A stretch of 64,000 nucleotides of DNA from an uncultured Mycoplasmatota bacterium (lineage in GTDB: Bacteria; Bacillota_I; Bacilli_A; RF39; UBA660). The translations under genes and the position numbers were made by a program. Position 1 is the stretch's first letter; every line of letters starts with the position of its first letter. Below are positions 46,588-56,388 of the stretch, piece by piece. The notes below the pieces were generated by a model that was not told the DNA's origin, did not search any database, and saw only the letters and a list, made by a program, of their open reading frames with translations. Location of the stretch: positions 198,725 through 262,724 of the forward strand of contig CANTCQ010000001.1 of the NCBI GenBank assembly GCA_947652325.1, in the 5' to 3' direction.

Positions 46588-49515
46588 ATGAAAAAAAATT
46601 ATTCTGTATATTATTCGGTTTCTAACGATGAACTAGATAATTTCTATAATGGAGAAAATATTGATTTTAAAATCGATGTTATAGACTTTCTAAGACATAT
46701 AGATAAAAATGATGAGTCATATGAAAAAATGAAACAATGTTATAAAATAAAAACACTTACACAGAAGCAAATTGAAAGATTAAATTTCATACAATATCTT
46801 CATTTTTTATCAAAAAAGGATGATTATAACGCAAAAAAAGTAAAACGCGAATTAAAAAAAGGCTCAATTTATAATGATGATTTTTTATTTGATTTTTGTG
46901 AAGTTGATACATTTGAAGAACATATAAAACTTTTTGATGATAATATAACTAGTGGAAAAATAATCAAAAGTATTTATAAAAATAAGTTTCACAAAAGTAA
47001 TATGGAATATTTATATATGGAAAATTTAAATAGAGAAGCAAATGTATTTAACGATAAATATTTAGAGAAAAAAATTAAAAAGCATATGATTCGAATTTTG
47101 AAAAAAGAAAAACTAACAATCCTAGAATTTTTGTATATATGGCAAATAATTATTTTAGTTAAAGCTCATTTTGTTGCTTTAAAGTTTATGCGTGACGAAT
47201 TATTTCTTGATGCTATGTTGGTAGAAAAAGCATTAAATAAATTTATAGTGTTTAAAAACAATTACTCAAATGTTTTTTCAAAAAAACAAATAATTGATTT
47301 TAATGAAACCATTGTTTCAATTTATAGATTACTGGGTAGTAGAATAAATATTTCTGAAGATGACTTTAAAGAAAATCAAAAAAAGTGTGTTAAATTTATT
47401 GATAGTAATGCTAGTTTGTTAAATCGTAATACAGTTTTTCTTAAAACAATATTTAATGGTGGAAAAATTAGTAAAGACAAAGTAATCAGTGAGATAAAAG
47501 ATATCTTAAATAATAAGTCATCTGGAGAAGTTATGTATTTAGCCTTTCTTGGAACTAGTGAATTAAAACCTGAACAATACACTTCTTATATCCAAGAATT
47601 AGAAAATATACAATATGATAAATCAAAAATAGAAGAAATTAATTTACAATCTTTAAACTTTGCGATAGAAATAATTAAATTCTGGAGTGGTGGTAAATTT
47701 AATCTAACCTTTTTAAAATCTAATATGTATTTAGACCCCTTTTTAAGATTGTGTTTTGAATATGATAATCAAAATATTAATTATAATCAATTTCTCGACA
47801 GATTAAATGGGATAAATTATATACCAGTTTCTATAATATTAGATTGGAATAGATTAGAAAAAATGTTTGAAAAAACAAATTCTTATGAATGGTTTAAAAA
47901 AATTGTTAGCAAAATGGATTACGATGAATTAAAATATTTTAGATTAAAAAGTTATTTAATTAATTTCTATTCCAAAATCATACATAAGGATAATGTATTA
48001 TTACTTAGCAATTTTTCGGAAATGGATTCTTTTATTAGAACAATATTTGATGACATTATTTATTTATACTATTCTATTATTATCCATATCAATGTTTATA
48101 GAAATTTTGATAAAAGTGTAAAAGAATCAATAATAACTATCATTCAAGATTTCAATATCTTAGAGAAAACCTTGACAGATAAACAATACCTTATTGAATT
48201 TGTGTATCTTCTAGTATCACTAAGTATTGAGTCCGAAGATAAGGATTTGAAAGAATCACTTCTAGAACTAATCATTAATAATGATATATTAAAAGATAAT
48301 AATATATTGATATTCGGATTGACTTATGACAATGATAAAGTGTTGTTAAAACATTATGATTCAATATTTGACTCGATTTTAAATTACTATAATGACATTA
48401 AGAATGTAAATAAAAATGATTATATGTTAATATCTCAAATTACTTATAATTCTTTAACGAATCGCGTTAATATCAATGAAATTCCTAAGAATCATTATTT
48501 TTCTAAAAATGGTAAGAATTATATTTTAAAAAATGATTATGACGATAATTTAAAAGATTTATATACTGATTTAAAAATCGAAAAAATTGAAGAGACATCA
48601 GATGATATGGTAGAATATAACCTTCTAGACCTCCTAACTCATAGGATATTCTTTGCTAATGTTGAAAAAATGAAAGCAGGAAAAGTTATTAAAACCTCAA
48701 AAGATGTAACTGGAGAAGAATTACTAAAAGAAATGGAAAAAGCAATTGGTTATGATAAAACACGAAAAGACCTAGAACTTATTCGCTCTGGAAAATCTTT
48801 AAGTTCAGTATGGTTTAATATTTATACAATGCACAATTACTTTAAAGATGTTGAGCAAGCTAATACAAAAATGTTTAATAATTCGAGAAATGAATTGATT
48901 AGAGTAGATAATGCATTGTTACACTTTTCATCATTAATTCTAGCTGTAAAATTAGGTTTGAAGGACATAATATTAAGTGATGATAGAATGTTTATTACTA
49001 GTTCAGTATATGAAGATTTAATGTATCAAAAAACATTTGAAATATCAGAATTAACTGATGGTATAATTGAACCTAGAATTAATTATGATGATTTGTTTGA
49101 TAATGTATGTATTTTAGTAAGTGAGATGAACGATAAATCAAGAGTAATCAGCATTACAAAAGCAAACATTATGGGAACAAAACATATAGATTATATAAAT
49201 AAATATGACCAAGACTTATTTAAATTCTTTGTAAATACTAATGATAGCAATAGATATTTCCTTATTACTGAAGACCCATTTTATTATAAAGTAGATGGTT
49301 TTAAGGAAAGGTCATTTAGTTTATATAGTTATGTAGTAGAAAAATTTATTCAAAATGATATTGATAGTGTTAGATTGTTGGAAATAACTGAAAAATTATA
49401 TTTTTGCAATTATAACTTCAATGTGAGTAAGAGTTTATTCAATTTTTTATTAGAAAAATCGGATGATGATAATATACGAAAAATTATAGAAAAAATAAAA
49501 ACCTCTGTAATATAG
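46588..49515 (+). CDS. large hypothetical protein (about 975 aa), mostly helical, with possible C-terminal PIN-like region
   Basis: The start is 2 nt after the upstream stop. No Walker motifs are present. There is an R-x6-H motif (RVDNALLH). The C-terminal part has IILSDDRMF, SVYEDL and YFLITEDPFY, which resemble PIN acidic motifs. This is a weak call made by eye. Confidence 0.55.
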   Translation: MKKNYSVYYSVSNDELDNFYNGENIDFKIDVIDFLRHIDKNDESYEKMKQCYKIKTLTQKQIERLNFIQYLHFLSKKDDYNAKKVKRELKKGSIYNDDFLFDFCEVDTFEEHIKLFDDNITSGKIIKSIYKNKFHKSNMEYLYMENLNREANVFNDKYLEKKIKKHMIRILKKEKLTILEFLYIWQIIILVKAHFVALKFMRDELFLDAMLVEKALNKFIVFKNNYSNVFSKKQIIDFNETIVSIYRLLGSRINISEDDFKENQKKCVKFIDSNASLLNRNTVFLKTIFNGGKISKDKVISEIKDILNNKSSGEVMYLAFLGTSELKPEQYTSYIQELENIQYDKSKIEEINLQSLNFAIEIIKFWSGGKFNLTFLKSNMYLDPFLRLCFEYDNQNINYNQFLDRLNGINYIPVSIILDWNRLEKMFEKTNSYEWFKKIVSKMDYDELKYFRLKSYLINFYSKIIHKDNVLLLSNFSEMDSFIRTIFDDIIYLYYSIIIHINVYRNFDKSVKESIITIIQDFNILEKTLTDKQYLIEFVYLLVSLSIESEDKDLKESLLELIINNDILKDNNILIFGLTYDNDKVLLKHYDSIFDSILNYYNDIKNVNKNDYMLISQITYNSLTNRVNINEIPKNHYFSKNGKNYILKNDYDDNLKDLYTDLKIEKIEETSDDMVEYNLLDLLTHRIFFANVEKMKAGKVIKTSKDVTGEELLKEMEKAIGYDKTRKDLELIRSGKSLSSVWFNIYTMHNYFKDVEQANTKMFNNSRNELIRVDNALLHFSSLILAVKLGLKDIILSDDRMFITSSVYEDLMYQKTFEISELTDGIIEPRINYDDLFDNVCILVSEMNDKSRVISITKANIMGTKHIDYINKYDQDLFKFFVNTNDSNRYFLITEDPFYYKVDGFKERSFSLYSYVVEKFIQNDIDSVRLLEITEKLYFCNYNFNVSKSLFNFLLEKSDDDNIRKIIEKIKTSVI

Positions 49516-49522
49516 ATAAAAG

Positions 49523-49547
49523 CATTTCTATTGTGAAATGTTTTTTT
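49523..49547 (+). terminator. rho-independent terminator
   Basis: Hairpin CATTTC..GAAATG followed by a T7 run. Confidence 0.6.
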
Positions 49548-49846
49548 ATTAATAGGGGGTAGTAAATATATCTTGATATAAATTTACGAATAAGCCGATA
49601 ACACTCTCTACAGCCTCGTTTCATATTTAAAACAAAGTTTTTATAATAAGACTTGTTTTAACCTTTTCGTTTGAAAGAAAAATAGACTATTACCGTTTGT
49701 AAGTCCGTTGAGAAATTTATTTATAGAAAAAAGGTGTCCATACCATACTAATGGCTTCTTTTATTTTTACTTCTAGTTTTTTTATCAGTAGTATATTTAT
49801 ACAAAATATTATTGGCTAGTTATAACCTCGATTGGCGGAAATGTTC

Positions 49847-50128
49847 TTAATGCCTTATATGTACATTGCAAATATAGATATTCAACTTTTTCTTTTTGCT
49901 TTTACTACAATTTGTTTTTTCATTTTCTAAATTTGATGGTTGGTTATCATAACATTTTTGAAGTGTATTCATTTTTGCTTCCTTTAATTTCTTTGTTTTG
50001 TTTTCTTTTAATTTTTCTTGTTTCATAAATTCTTCATACTTTGTGTGAGTTTTTTCAATATGTGCTAAAACATCACTAATTAAAATATAAGAACTTATAT
50101 AATCCACTTGTTGTTTTGTAAGATTCAT
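49847..50128 (-). CDS. hypothetical Lys-rich small protein
   Basis: 93-aa ORF in a region of remnants. Support is weak. Confidence 0.3.
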   Translation of the reverse strand: MNLTKQQVDYISSYILISDVLAHIEKTHTKYEEFMKQEKLKENKTKKLKEAKMNTLQKCYDNQPSNLENEKTNCSKSKKKKLNIYICNVHIRH

Positions 50129-50232
50129 ATGGAAAACTCGCTCCTCTCTACTTGATTTTCGAAATTATTTACTGTACAATAAATACGGAAATGCGAAATA
50201 ACAAATAAAATATTTCATAAAACCTAAATTAA

Positions 50233-50385
50233 GTTTATTGCAAAAAACTAAATCAAAGTGATTTAGCCAATTTAACAGGTATTTCTTTATCAACATTAAG
50301 TCCATACTTTTCAGCAGAAGCAGAATCTAAAATAAGTACTTTAATTAAGATAGAAAGTGCTTTAACGTGTAGAATATCCAAATAA
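50233..50385 (+). pseudogene. XRE-type HTH gene fragment lacking a start
   Basis: KKLNQSDLANLTGISLSTLSPYFSAEAESKISTLIKIESAL is a recognisable HTH, but it is bounded by a stop codon at 50230-50232. Confidence 0.4.
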
Positions 50386-50386
50386 A

Positions 50387-50473
50387 ATGCCAAGAATTAT
50401 TGAAGATTATTTATTAACAACAAAATTATTTTGTGGATATTGTAAAGAAATGAAGGTCGAATTTTATAAATAA
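50387..50473 (+). pseudogene. possible large-serine-recombinase zinc-ribbon fragment (28 aa)
   Basis: TKLFCGYCKEM resembles the CxxC knuckle of the recombinase zinc-ribbon domain. The fragment is isolated. Confidence 0.3.
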
Positions 50474-50488
50474 AAGGGAGAATTCAAT

Positions 50489-50779
50489 ATGTCACGTGAA
50501 GATGAATTTAAAATGTTAGTTGGCGGATATTTTGGAATTGAAGAAATGGACGAGTATAAATTAAAATTGTATGTACTACAAGAAATAGAAGAATATATAA
50601 AGAAGTTAATATTAGAAAATTTTGTTGAAAATTTTGAGTATAGAAAAGAAGCAGAAAGTATAAAAAATGATCTTTCTTTAAAAAGAAAATTGCAAGATAG
50701 TTTACTTACTTTAAGAAAAATAGATGGACCACTTGATTTGATTTTATTAATAAAAAATAAAATTTATGAATTGGATTAA
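50489..50779 (+). CDS. hypothetical protein
   Basis: 96-aa ORF with a GGGAGA RBS. Confidence 0.45.
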   Translation: MSREDEFKMLVGGYFGIEEMDEYKLKLYVLQEIEEYIKKLILENFVENFEYRKEAESIKNDLSLKRKLQDSLLTLRKIDGPLDLILLIKNKIYELD

Positions 50780-50852
50780 ATTTTTATTTCTGATAAAAAT
50801 ATTGAGTAAAAAATATTAAACTATTGAAAATAAAGAGAAAGGAAGAACAGGA

Positions 50853-51566
50853 ATGATAGATTACCAAAAAATACAAATGGAAATCAAAGCGTTAGAAAAA
50901 AGTAATTTGTATCAATCAGAACAATTGGAAACTATTAAATATGCTATGTATGCAATAAAAGATAGAGATTTTTTATATTTACTTACAGACCCTTCTATTC
51001 CAAATGAATTTATGACAATGTATATTTCATTGAATACAAGAAAAATAAATGTAAAAAAGTATATAGAAGAAAAATGGCATGAAAAAGGATTTGATTCAAA
51101 ACAATTATATGAATTAATATTAGCAGATAGTAAAGGTTATGACATAAGTGAAGTTGATTTGAATGACTCTGTAGAAAAAATAAGTGAAATTTTAAATCAT
51201 CAAATAGCACAAAAAAAATTAAAAGAAAAATATGAAGTTTCTTCCTTATCTAGTGAAGAATTACTAAAACTAAAAAAGATTGGATTTGCTCCTAATGTAG
51301 CTATTTTTTTATTACGAATAGCTGAGGAGTATGAGATAGAAAGTTTACTTGATGAAAAATTAAAAGACTGTACTTTAGAACAAATGAAATATTTAGTTAG
51401 TGTCTATACTACAGGAGTTTCTATAGAGGCTATTAAAAATTCGAATTTAAGTGTAGAGGAAATGAAAGAAATAGTATTACATTTTAAAGATTCGGTAAAT
51501 TTTTTAAATTCAGTTCGCCAAAGTAGAGATGATAGAAGAAAAGAAAGCTTTATATTTAGGCGTTAA
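50853..51566 (+). CDS. hypothetical helical-repeat protein
   Basis: 237-aa ORF with an AAAGGAAG RBS. No motif recognised. Confidence 0.45.
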   Translation: MIDYQKIQMEIKALEKSNLYQSEQLETIKYAMYAIKDRDFLYLLTDPSIPNEFMTMYISLNTRKINVKKYIEEKWHEKGFDSKQLYELILADSKGYDISEVDLNDSVEKISEILNHQIAQKKLKEKYEVSSLSSEELLKLKKIGFAPNVAIFLLRIAEEYEIESLLDEKLKDCTLEQMKYLVSVYTTGVSIEAIKNSNLSVEEMKEIVLHFKDSVNFLNSVRQSRDDRRKESFIFRR

Positions 51567-51571
51567 AAAAT

Positions 51572-52207
51572 ATGAAAAATATAATTTTTGGTATTTTTTT
51601 GTTCTTTTTTTTATTTATAATTTTATATTATTTTCAAATTATTCCTCATAAAAGTTACGATAATTCTTATTTTCAAATTTCTACTTATAAAAGTTCTGTT
51701 GATAAAGATAGGGATGGAGTGGATGACCAAACCGATATTTTATTAAATGTACGAGAATATATTTCTACAAAACCAAAGTATAAAAGTAAGTATTATGTTT
51801 CTGGGTATCCAGATGATAGTTATGGCGTTTGTACAGATGTAGTAGCAAATGGATTATTACATGCTGGGTATGATTTAATGGAGTTAGTGAATCAAGATAT
51901 AATAGAAAATAAAGAAGAATATAATATTTCGATTGTGGATAAAAAAATTGATTTTCGAAGAGTTGTCAATTTAAATGTTTATTTTAAAAGAAATGCGATT
52001 TCCTTAACAACGGATATATCTGATATATCCAAATGGCAAGGGGGAGATATTGTAGTTTTTCAAAATCATATAGCGATTGTTTCAGATAAAAGAAACAAAA
52101 AAGGAATTCCTTTTGTCATTCATCATGCGAGTCCTTATCAAGTACGTTATGAAGAAGATATATTAGAAAAAAGAAACGATATCGTTGCTCATTATCGAAT
52201 AAGTTAA
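51572..52207 (+). CDS. DUF1287-family protein with N-terminal membrane anchor
   Basis: YGVCTDVVANGLLHAGYDL, GDIVVF, HIAIVSDKRN and PFVIHH follow the DUF1287 pattern. Confidence 0.6.
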   Translation: MKNIIFGIFLFFFLFIILYYFQIIPHKSYDNSYFQISTYKSSVDKDRDGVDDQTDILLNVREYISTKPKYKSKYYVSGYPDDSYGVCTDVVANGLLHAGYDLMELVNQDIIENKEEYNISIVDKKIDFRRVVNLNVYFKRNAISLTTDISDISKWQGGDIVVFQNHIAIVSDKRNKKGIPFVIHHASPYQVRYEEDILEKRNDIVAHYRIS

Positions 52208-52486
52208 TACTTGACTTTCATTGGTATATTTACCAAATTAAAAGAGTGGATTTTATGGATAAGAATTATACCAAAGCGAAACAATTTACAAACATTTTTG
52301 TGAAAATATATTTATCTATGGCTGATTTAGAGAAGGCAAAGCAAACATATAGCAAAGAATACAAAAATTTGACTTATATTTTAATGAAGAGGTTATATCT
52401 TCTAGGTTTAGGCGTTAAAAAGCGAAAAGCTTTTTTATTTTTTTCTTAAATTTATGGTACAATAAGTTTATAAGATGGTGGTCGTT

Positions 52487-53509
52487 ATGAAAAAGATAAG
52501 TTTTACGGTTCCTTGTTATAATTCAGCAGAGTATATGGAACGCTGTATTGATTCATTGTTGGTGGGTAGAGATGATGTAGAAATTATCATTGTAGATGAT
52601 GGTAGTAAAGATAAGACAGGGGAAATTGCAGATAATTACGAAAAAAAATATCCCAATATTGTGAAAGTTATTCATAAGGAAAATGGAGGACATGGAAGTG
52701 GTGTGAACGTAGGACTTTCTGTGGCTACTGGACTTTATTTTAAAGTAGTGGATAGTGATGATTGGTTAGATGAAAATTCTCTTTTAAAACTTTTAGATAA
52801 AATAAAAGTGCTTGCAAAAATAGAAGAAACAGTCGATTTATTTGTTTGTAATTATGTTTATGACCATTTGGATGAAGGAACACAAAGAGTAATGCGCTAT
52901 AGAAATGTTTTTTCAACAGATACAATTTGCACTTGGAATGAATTGAAACGTTTTAAGCCTAGTCAATATTTAATTATGCATTCTTTAATTTACAAAACAA
53001 GTGTTTTAAAAGAAAGTAAAATAAAACTTCCTGAACATACTTTTTATGTAGATAACTTGCTTGCTTATCAACCTCTTCCTTTTGTAAATACTATTCTTTA
53101 TTTAAATTATGACCTTTATCATTATTATATTGGTAGAGAAGACCAATCGGTAAATGAAAGTGTAATGCTTGGACGTGTTGACCAACAAATAAAAGTTACA
53201 AAATTAATTGCTGAAAGTATAGATTTAAGTATTTTAAAGAAAAAAAATTCAAAATTATATCGATACCTTTTAAGTTATTTTTCTATGATGATGACTATAT
53301 CTTCTGTCCTTCTTTTAAAAAAGAAAGATAAAGAGTCATTGAAAAAAAGAGAAGAACTATGGAATTTTGTAAAAAAAATGGATAAAAGATTGTATAGGAA
53401 GTTAAAGTTTTCTAAGTTAGCAGGGTTAACTTATTTACCGAGTAAAGTTGGTAGTTTTATTACCTTACAAGGATATAAAATTGCACAAAAAGTATATCGC
53501 TTTAATTAA
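52487..53509 (+). CDS. family 2 glycosyltransferase
   Basis: The GT2 N-terminus reads SFTVPCYNSAEYMERCIDSLL..IIIVDDGSKD..VDSDDW. Confidence 0.85.
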   Translation: MKKISFTVPCYNSAEYMERCIDSLLVGRDDVEIIIVDDGSKDKTGEIADNYEKKYPNIVKVIHKENGGHGSGVNVGLSVATGLYFKVVDSDDWLDENSLLKLLDKIKVLAKIEETVDLFVCNYVYDHLDEGTQRVMRYRNVFSTDTICTWNELKRFKPSQYLIMHSLIYKTSVLKESKIKLPEHTFYVDNLLAYQPLPFVNTILYLNYDLYHYYIGREDQSVNESVMLGRVDQQIKVTKLIAESIDLSILKKKNSKLYRYLLSYFSMMMTISSVLLLKKKDKESLKKREELWNFVKKMDKRLYRKLKFSKLAGLTYLPSKVGSFITLQGYKIAQKVYRFN

Positions 53510-53606
53510 GAATAGCACTCTTGCCGTTCTTTTTTTCTTTTTTTAACATATTTTATAAGGATAGTATTTTTAATAAAATTATGTTATACTTAAAATTACG
53601 AGGTGA

Positions 53607-54110
53607 ATGGTATTGACAACACTTCAAAAAGAAGAATTTGAAAGAATTATAAAAGATATAGATACAAATGAAAATTTTAGAGAACTTGACAATGAGATGC
53701 ATCATGGTATATCTCGTTATGGGCATGCTTATCGTGTTGCTAAGGGTGTGTATTCAATTACAAAGAATTTGGGTTTTCGTTATGAGGAAGCAACAAGAGC
53801 TGCTCTTTTGCATGATTTTTATTTTGATTATCAATTGGAAGAAAATGGGCCAGTTAAAAACTTAGTGGAACATCAAAATATGGCGCTTTTAAATGCTGAT
53901 AAGTATTATGATTTGACAGATAGACAAAAAAATATGATTGAATCTCATATGTTTCCTATGTGTAAAGTGTTACCCAAATACAAAGAAAGCATTTGTCTTA
54001 CAATTGTTGATAAAGCAGTTGCTATTTATGAACAAAATCGTTATAAAGTTGGAATGAAATTAGGGGTTTATTTACTTTTTGTTTTTAATATGATTACCTT
54101 ACAAAAATAA
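53607..54110 (+). CDS. HD-domain phosphohydrolase with C-terminal hydrophobic helix
   Basis: The HD motif is HGISRYGHAYRV..AALLHDF. Confidence 0.65.
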   Translation: MVLTTLQKEEFERIIKDIDTNENFRELDNEMHHGISRYGHAYRVAKGVYSITKNLGFRYEEATRAALLHDFYFDYQLEENGPVKNLVEHQNMALLNADKYYDLTDRQKNMIESHMFPMCKVLPKYKESICLTIVDKAVAIYEQNRYKVGMKLGVYLLFVFNMITLQK

Positions 54111-54218
54111 AAATTATCAAAATTTGGTAATTTTTTCTTCTAACAAAAGTATAATGAAGGTGGTAAACTAAGAAGTAGAATATATGTGAAATTGTTTAAA
54201 AAATAAGGAGAGATGAAA

Positions 54219-55103
54219 ATGGAAAAAGCAAAAGTTTATTTTACAAAAGACATTACACCAAATGCTGTTGTAAGGATGTATGAAGCATTAGGTGTAAATT
54301 TACCTGGTAAAGTGGCGGTAAAAGTACATTCTGGAGAACAGGGAAATCAAAATTATTTACGGCCAGAATTTATGATGGAAATGGTAAATCGTGTAAATGG
54401 TACTATTGTAGAATGTAATACTGCTTATGATGGTTCTCGAAATAATAGTGAGAAACATAAAATATTATTAAAAAATCATGGTTGGAGTGATGTATTTTTA
54501 GTTGACTTATTAGATGAAGATGGACCAGATAAAGTGCTTTCTATTGAAAATGGAAGGGTTATAAAAGAAAATTATGTTGGGAAAAATATTGAAAATTACG
54601 ATTCTATGCTTGTTTTATCGCATTTTAAAGGACATCCAATGGGGGGATATGGCGGAGCTTTAAAACAGCTTTCTATAGGAGTCGCATCTACTATTGGTAA
54701 ATGTTATATTCATTCTGCTGGAGCGAGTAAAGACCAAAATAATATGTGGAACCATTTGCCCAAACAAGATAGATTTTTAGAAGCAATGGCTGATGCTGCT
54801 AGTAGTGTAGTCAAATACTTTAAAGGGAATATGGCTTTTGTAAATATTATGTGTAATTTATCTGTGGATTGTGATTGTTGTGCTGTTGCAGAAGACCCTT
54901 GTATGCAAGATATTGGTATTTTATCAAGTTTAGACCCTGTTGCTTTAGACCAAGCATGCATTGATTTAATTTATAAATCTTCTGATAAAGGCAGAGACCA
55001 TTTCGTAGAAAGAGTTGAAAAACAGCATGGTATACATACTATAGAGGCAGCAGAAAGTCTTGGCTGTGGGACAAGAGAATATGAGCTCATTGAAATTAGT
55101 TGA
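54219..55103 (+). CDS. DUF362-like protein with Cys cluster
   Basis: KVAVKVHSGEQGN and the SVDCDCCAVAEDPC cluster are present. The family assignment is from memory. Confidence 0.5.
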   Translation: MEKAKVYFTKDITPNAVVRMYEALGVNLPGKVAVKVHSGEQGNQNYLRPEFMMEMVNRVNGTIVECNTAYDGSRNNSEKHKILLKNHGWSDVFLVDLLDEDGPDKVLSIENGRVIKENYVGKNIENYDSMLVLSHFKGHPMGGYGGALKQLSIGVASTIGKCYIHSAGASKDQNNMWNHLPKQDRFLEAMADAASSVVKYFKGNMAFVNIMCNLSVDCDCCAVAEDPCMQDIGILSSLDPVALDQACIDLIYKSSDKGRDHFVERVEKQHGIHTIEAAESLGCGTREYELIEIS

Positions 55104-55130
55104 AGATACTAAAAATAGTATCTTTTTTTT
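55104..55130 (+). terminator. rho-independent terminator
   Basis: Hairpin AGATACT..AGTATCT followed by a T7 run. Confidence 0.65.
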
Positions 55131-55198
55131 AAAATTTATTTTCATTCACCAATCATAATTAATGCTTTTTTTTCTTTTTTATGCTAAAATAAATTTGT

Positions 55199-55274
55199 GT
55201 TCCCGTAGTTTATTTGGATAAAACGAGGCCCTCCTAAGGCTTAGCGGACAGTTCGAATCTGTCCGGGAACACCA
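55199..55274 (+). tRNA. tRNA-Arg (anticodon CCU), encoded CCA
   Basis: The acceptor stem is GTTCCCG/CGGGAAC, the anticodon arm is AGGCC-CTCCTAA-GGCTT and the T-arm is GACAG-TTCGAAT-CTGTC. An extended -10 (TGCTAAAAT) lies at about 55182-55190. Confidence 0.88.
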
Positions 55275-55513
55275 TATTGTATTTTTTATAAATATGATAC
55301 CATTTTTCAAATTGAACCTTCTTTTATCAGTGAATTTAATAAGAAAGTGATTGTAGTTGTAATGTGATGCATAATACGAAGCTTTCTCGTGCTGAAAGAA
55401 AAAAGAATATAGATTTTATCATAGAAGAAATATGTAATAAGATATATTAGATTTCTACAAAATGTAGAGATTTTTTTTGTTTATTCATGCTACAATTTAA
55501 GTGGTGAAGCAAA

Positions 55514-56287
55514 GTGAATATTGGAAAAAGAATTGCAAATTTAAGAAAAAAGCAAAAAATGACACAGGAACAATTAGCTGAAAAATTATTTGTAACAGAC
55601 AAAACAGTATCAAGCTGGGAGTCGAATCGAACAGAACCAAATTTAGAAATGTTAATCAGTTTAAGTAAAATATTAGATTGTGATGTAAGTTATTTAATTT
55701 ACGGAGATAATGTAAAAAGTGATGTAGAAACAGAAATTAAAATTAAACTTAGTGAAAAAGAGTTTAAAGAGTTGCATTTGTTTTTAAAAGAAAATGCCGA
55801 TTTTCAAGGAAAAAGTAGGCAAGAGGATACATATTATGAACCAATGTATAGAAAATTTATAAATGACCAATTTGAAAAAGGTTTATCTGTTTTAGAATGG
55901 TTACGTATTGGAGTTCGTGGCAATAAAAAGATTTTAAATTATAAGCATTGGTATGACAATAAATATTGTGATGAATATGAAATAGAAATTGATGATGCCC
56001 ACAACTTAGATAAAATATTTAAAGTTTTAGGAATTGAAGAATTGGTTGTAGTTGATAAGATAAGAAATAAGTTTATGTATTTAAATAAGTATGAAATAGC
56101 TTTGGACCAAGTAAAAGAATTAGGTTATTTTGTAGAAATTGAAGTTAAGGAATACGAAAGTACACCACTTGAAGAATATGATTCTTTATTAAAAGTAGCA
56201 AAAGGTTTGCATTTCCCTTTAGAAAATTTAGATAAAGTTGGGTATCCTTATCATTTATTAATAAATATTAATAAAAGAATAAATTAG
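55514..56287 (+). CDS. XRE-HTH fused to CYTH (CyaB/triphosphate-tunnel) domain
   Basis: The N-terminal HTH is LRKKQKMTQEQLAEKLFVTDKTVSSWESN. The CYTH ExExK signature is ETEIKIKL, followed by YFVEIEV beta strands. Confidence 0.75.
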   Translation: MNIGKRIANLRKKQKMTQEQLAEKLFVTDKTVSSWESNRTEPNLEMLISLSKILDCDVSYLIYGDNVKSDVETEIKIKLSEKEFKELHLFLKENADFQGKSRQEDTYYEPMYRKFINDQFEKGLSVLEWLRIGVRGNKKILNYKHWYDNKYCDEYEIEIDDAHNLDKIFKVLGIEELVVVDKIRNKFMYLNKYEIALDQVKELGYFVEIEVKEYESTPLEEYDSLLKVAKGLHFPLENLDKVGYPYHLLININKRIN

Positions 56288-56388
56288 ATTTTCTTTTGTT
56301 TATATAATTGTAATAAAGTCTTTCTCTTTTTTATTTTTTTGGTATTATAAAAAAAAATTTTAAACAAAAGAGAGATAAGGCGGTTTTT

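Larger units (their letters stand above)
44294..50480 (+). mobile_element. accessory island at the tRNA-Ala 3' end: one cassette with the same ends as the tRNA-Leu array, a two-gene operon, then decayed HTH and serine-recombinase fragments
   Basis: The left-end module at 44294-44434 is homologous to 2873-3004. A right-end/left-end junction lies at 45274-45327. Remnants lie at 50233-50473. The distal boundary is uncertain. Confidence 0.5.

Noticed and set aside
52246-52449. 67-aa ORF upstream of the glycosyltransferase gene.
   Set aside because: It has a GTG start without a convincing RBS and no motif. It is too weakly supported to call.
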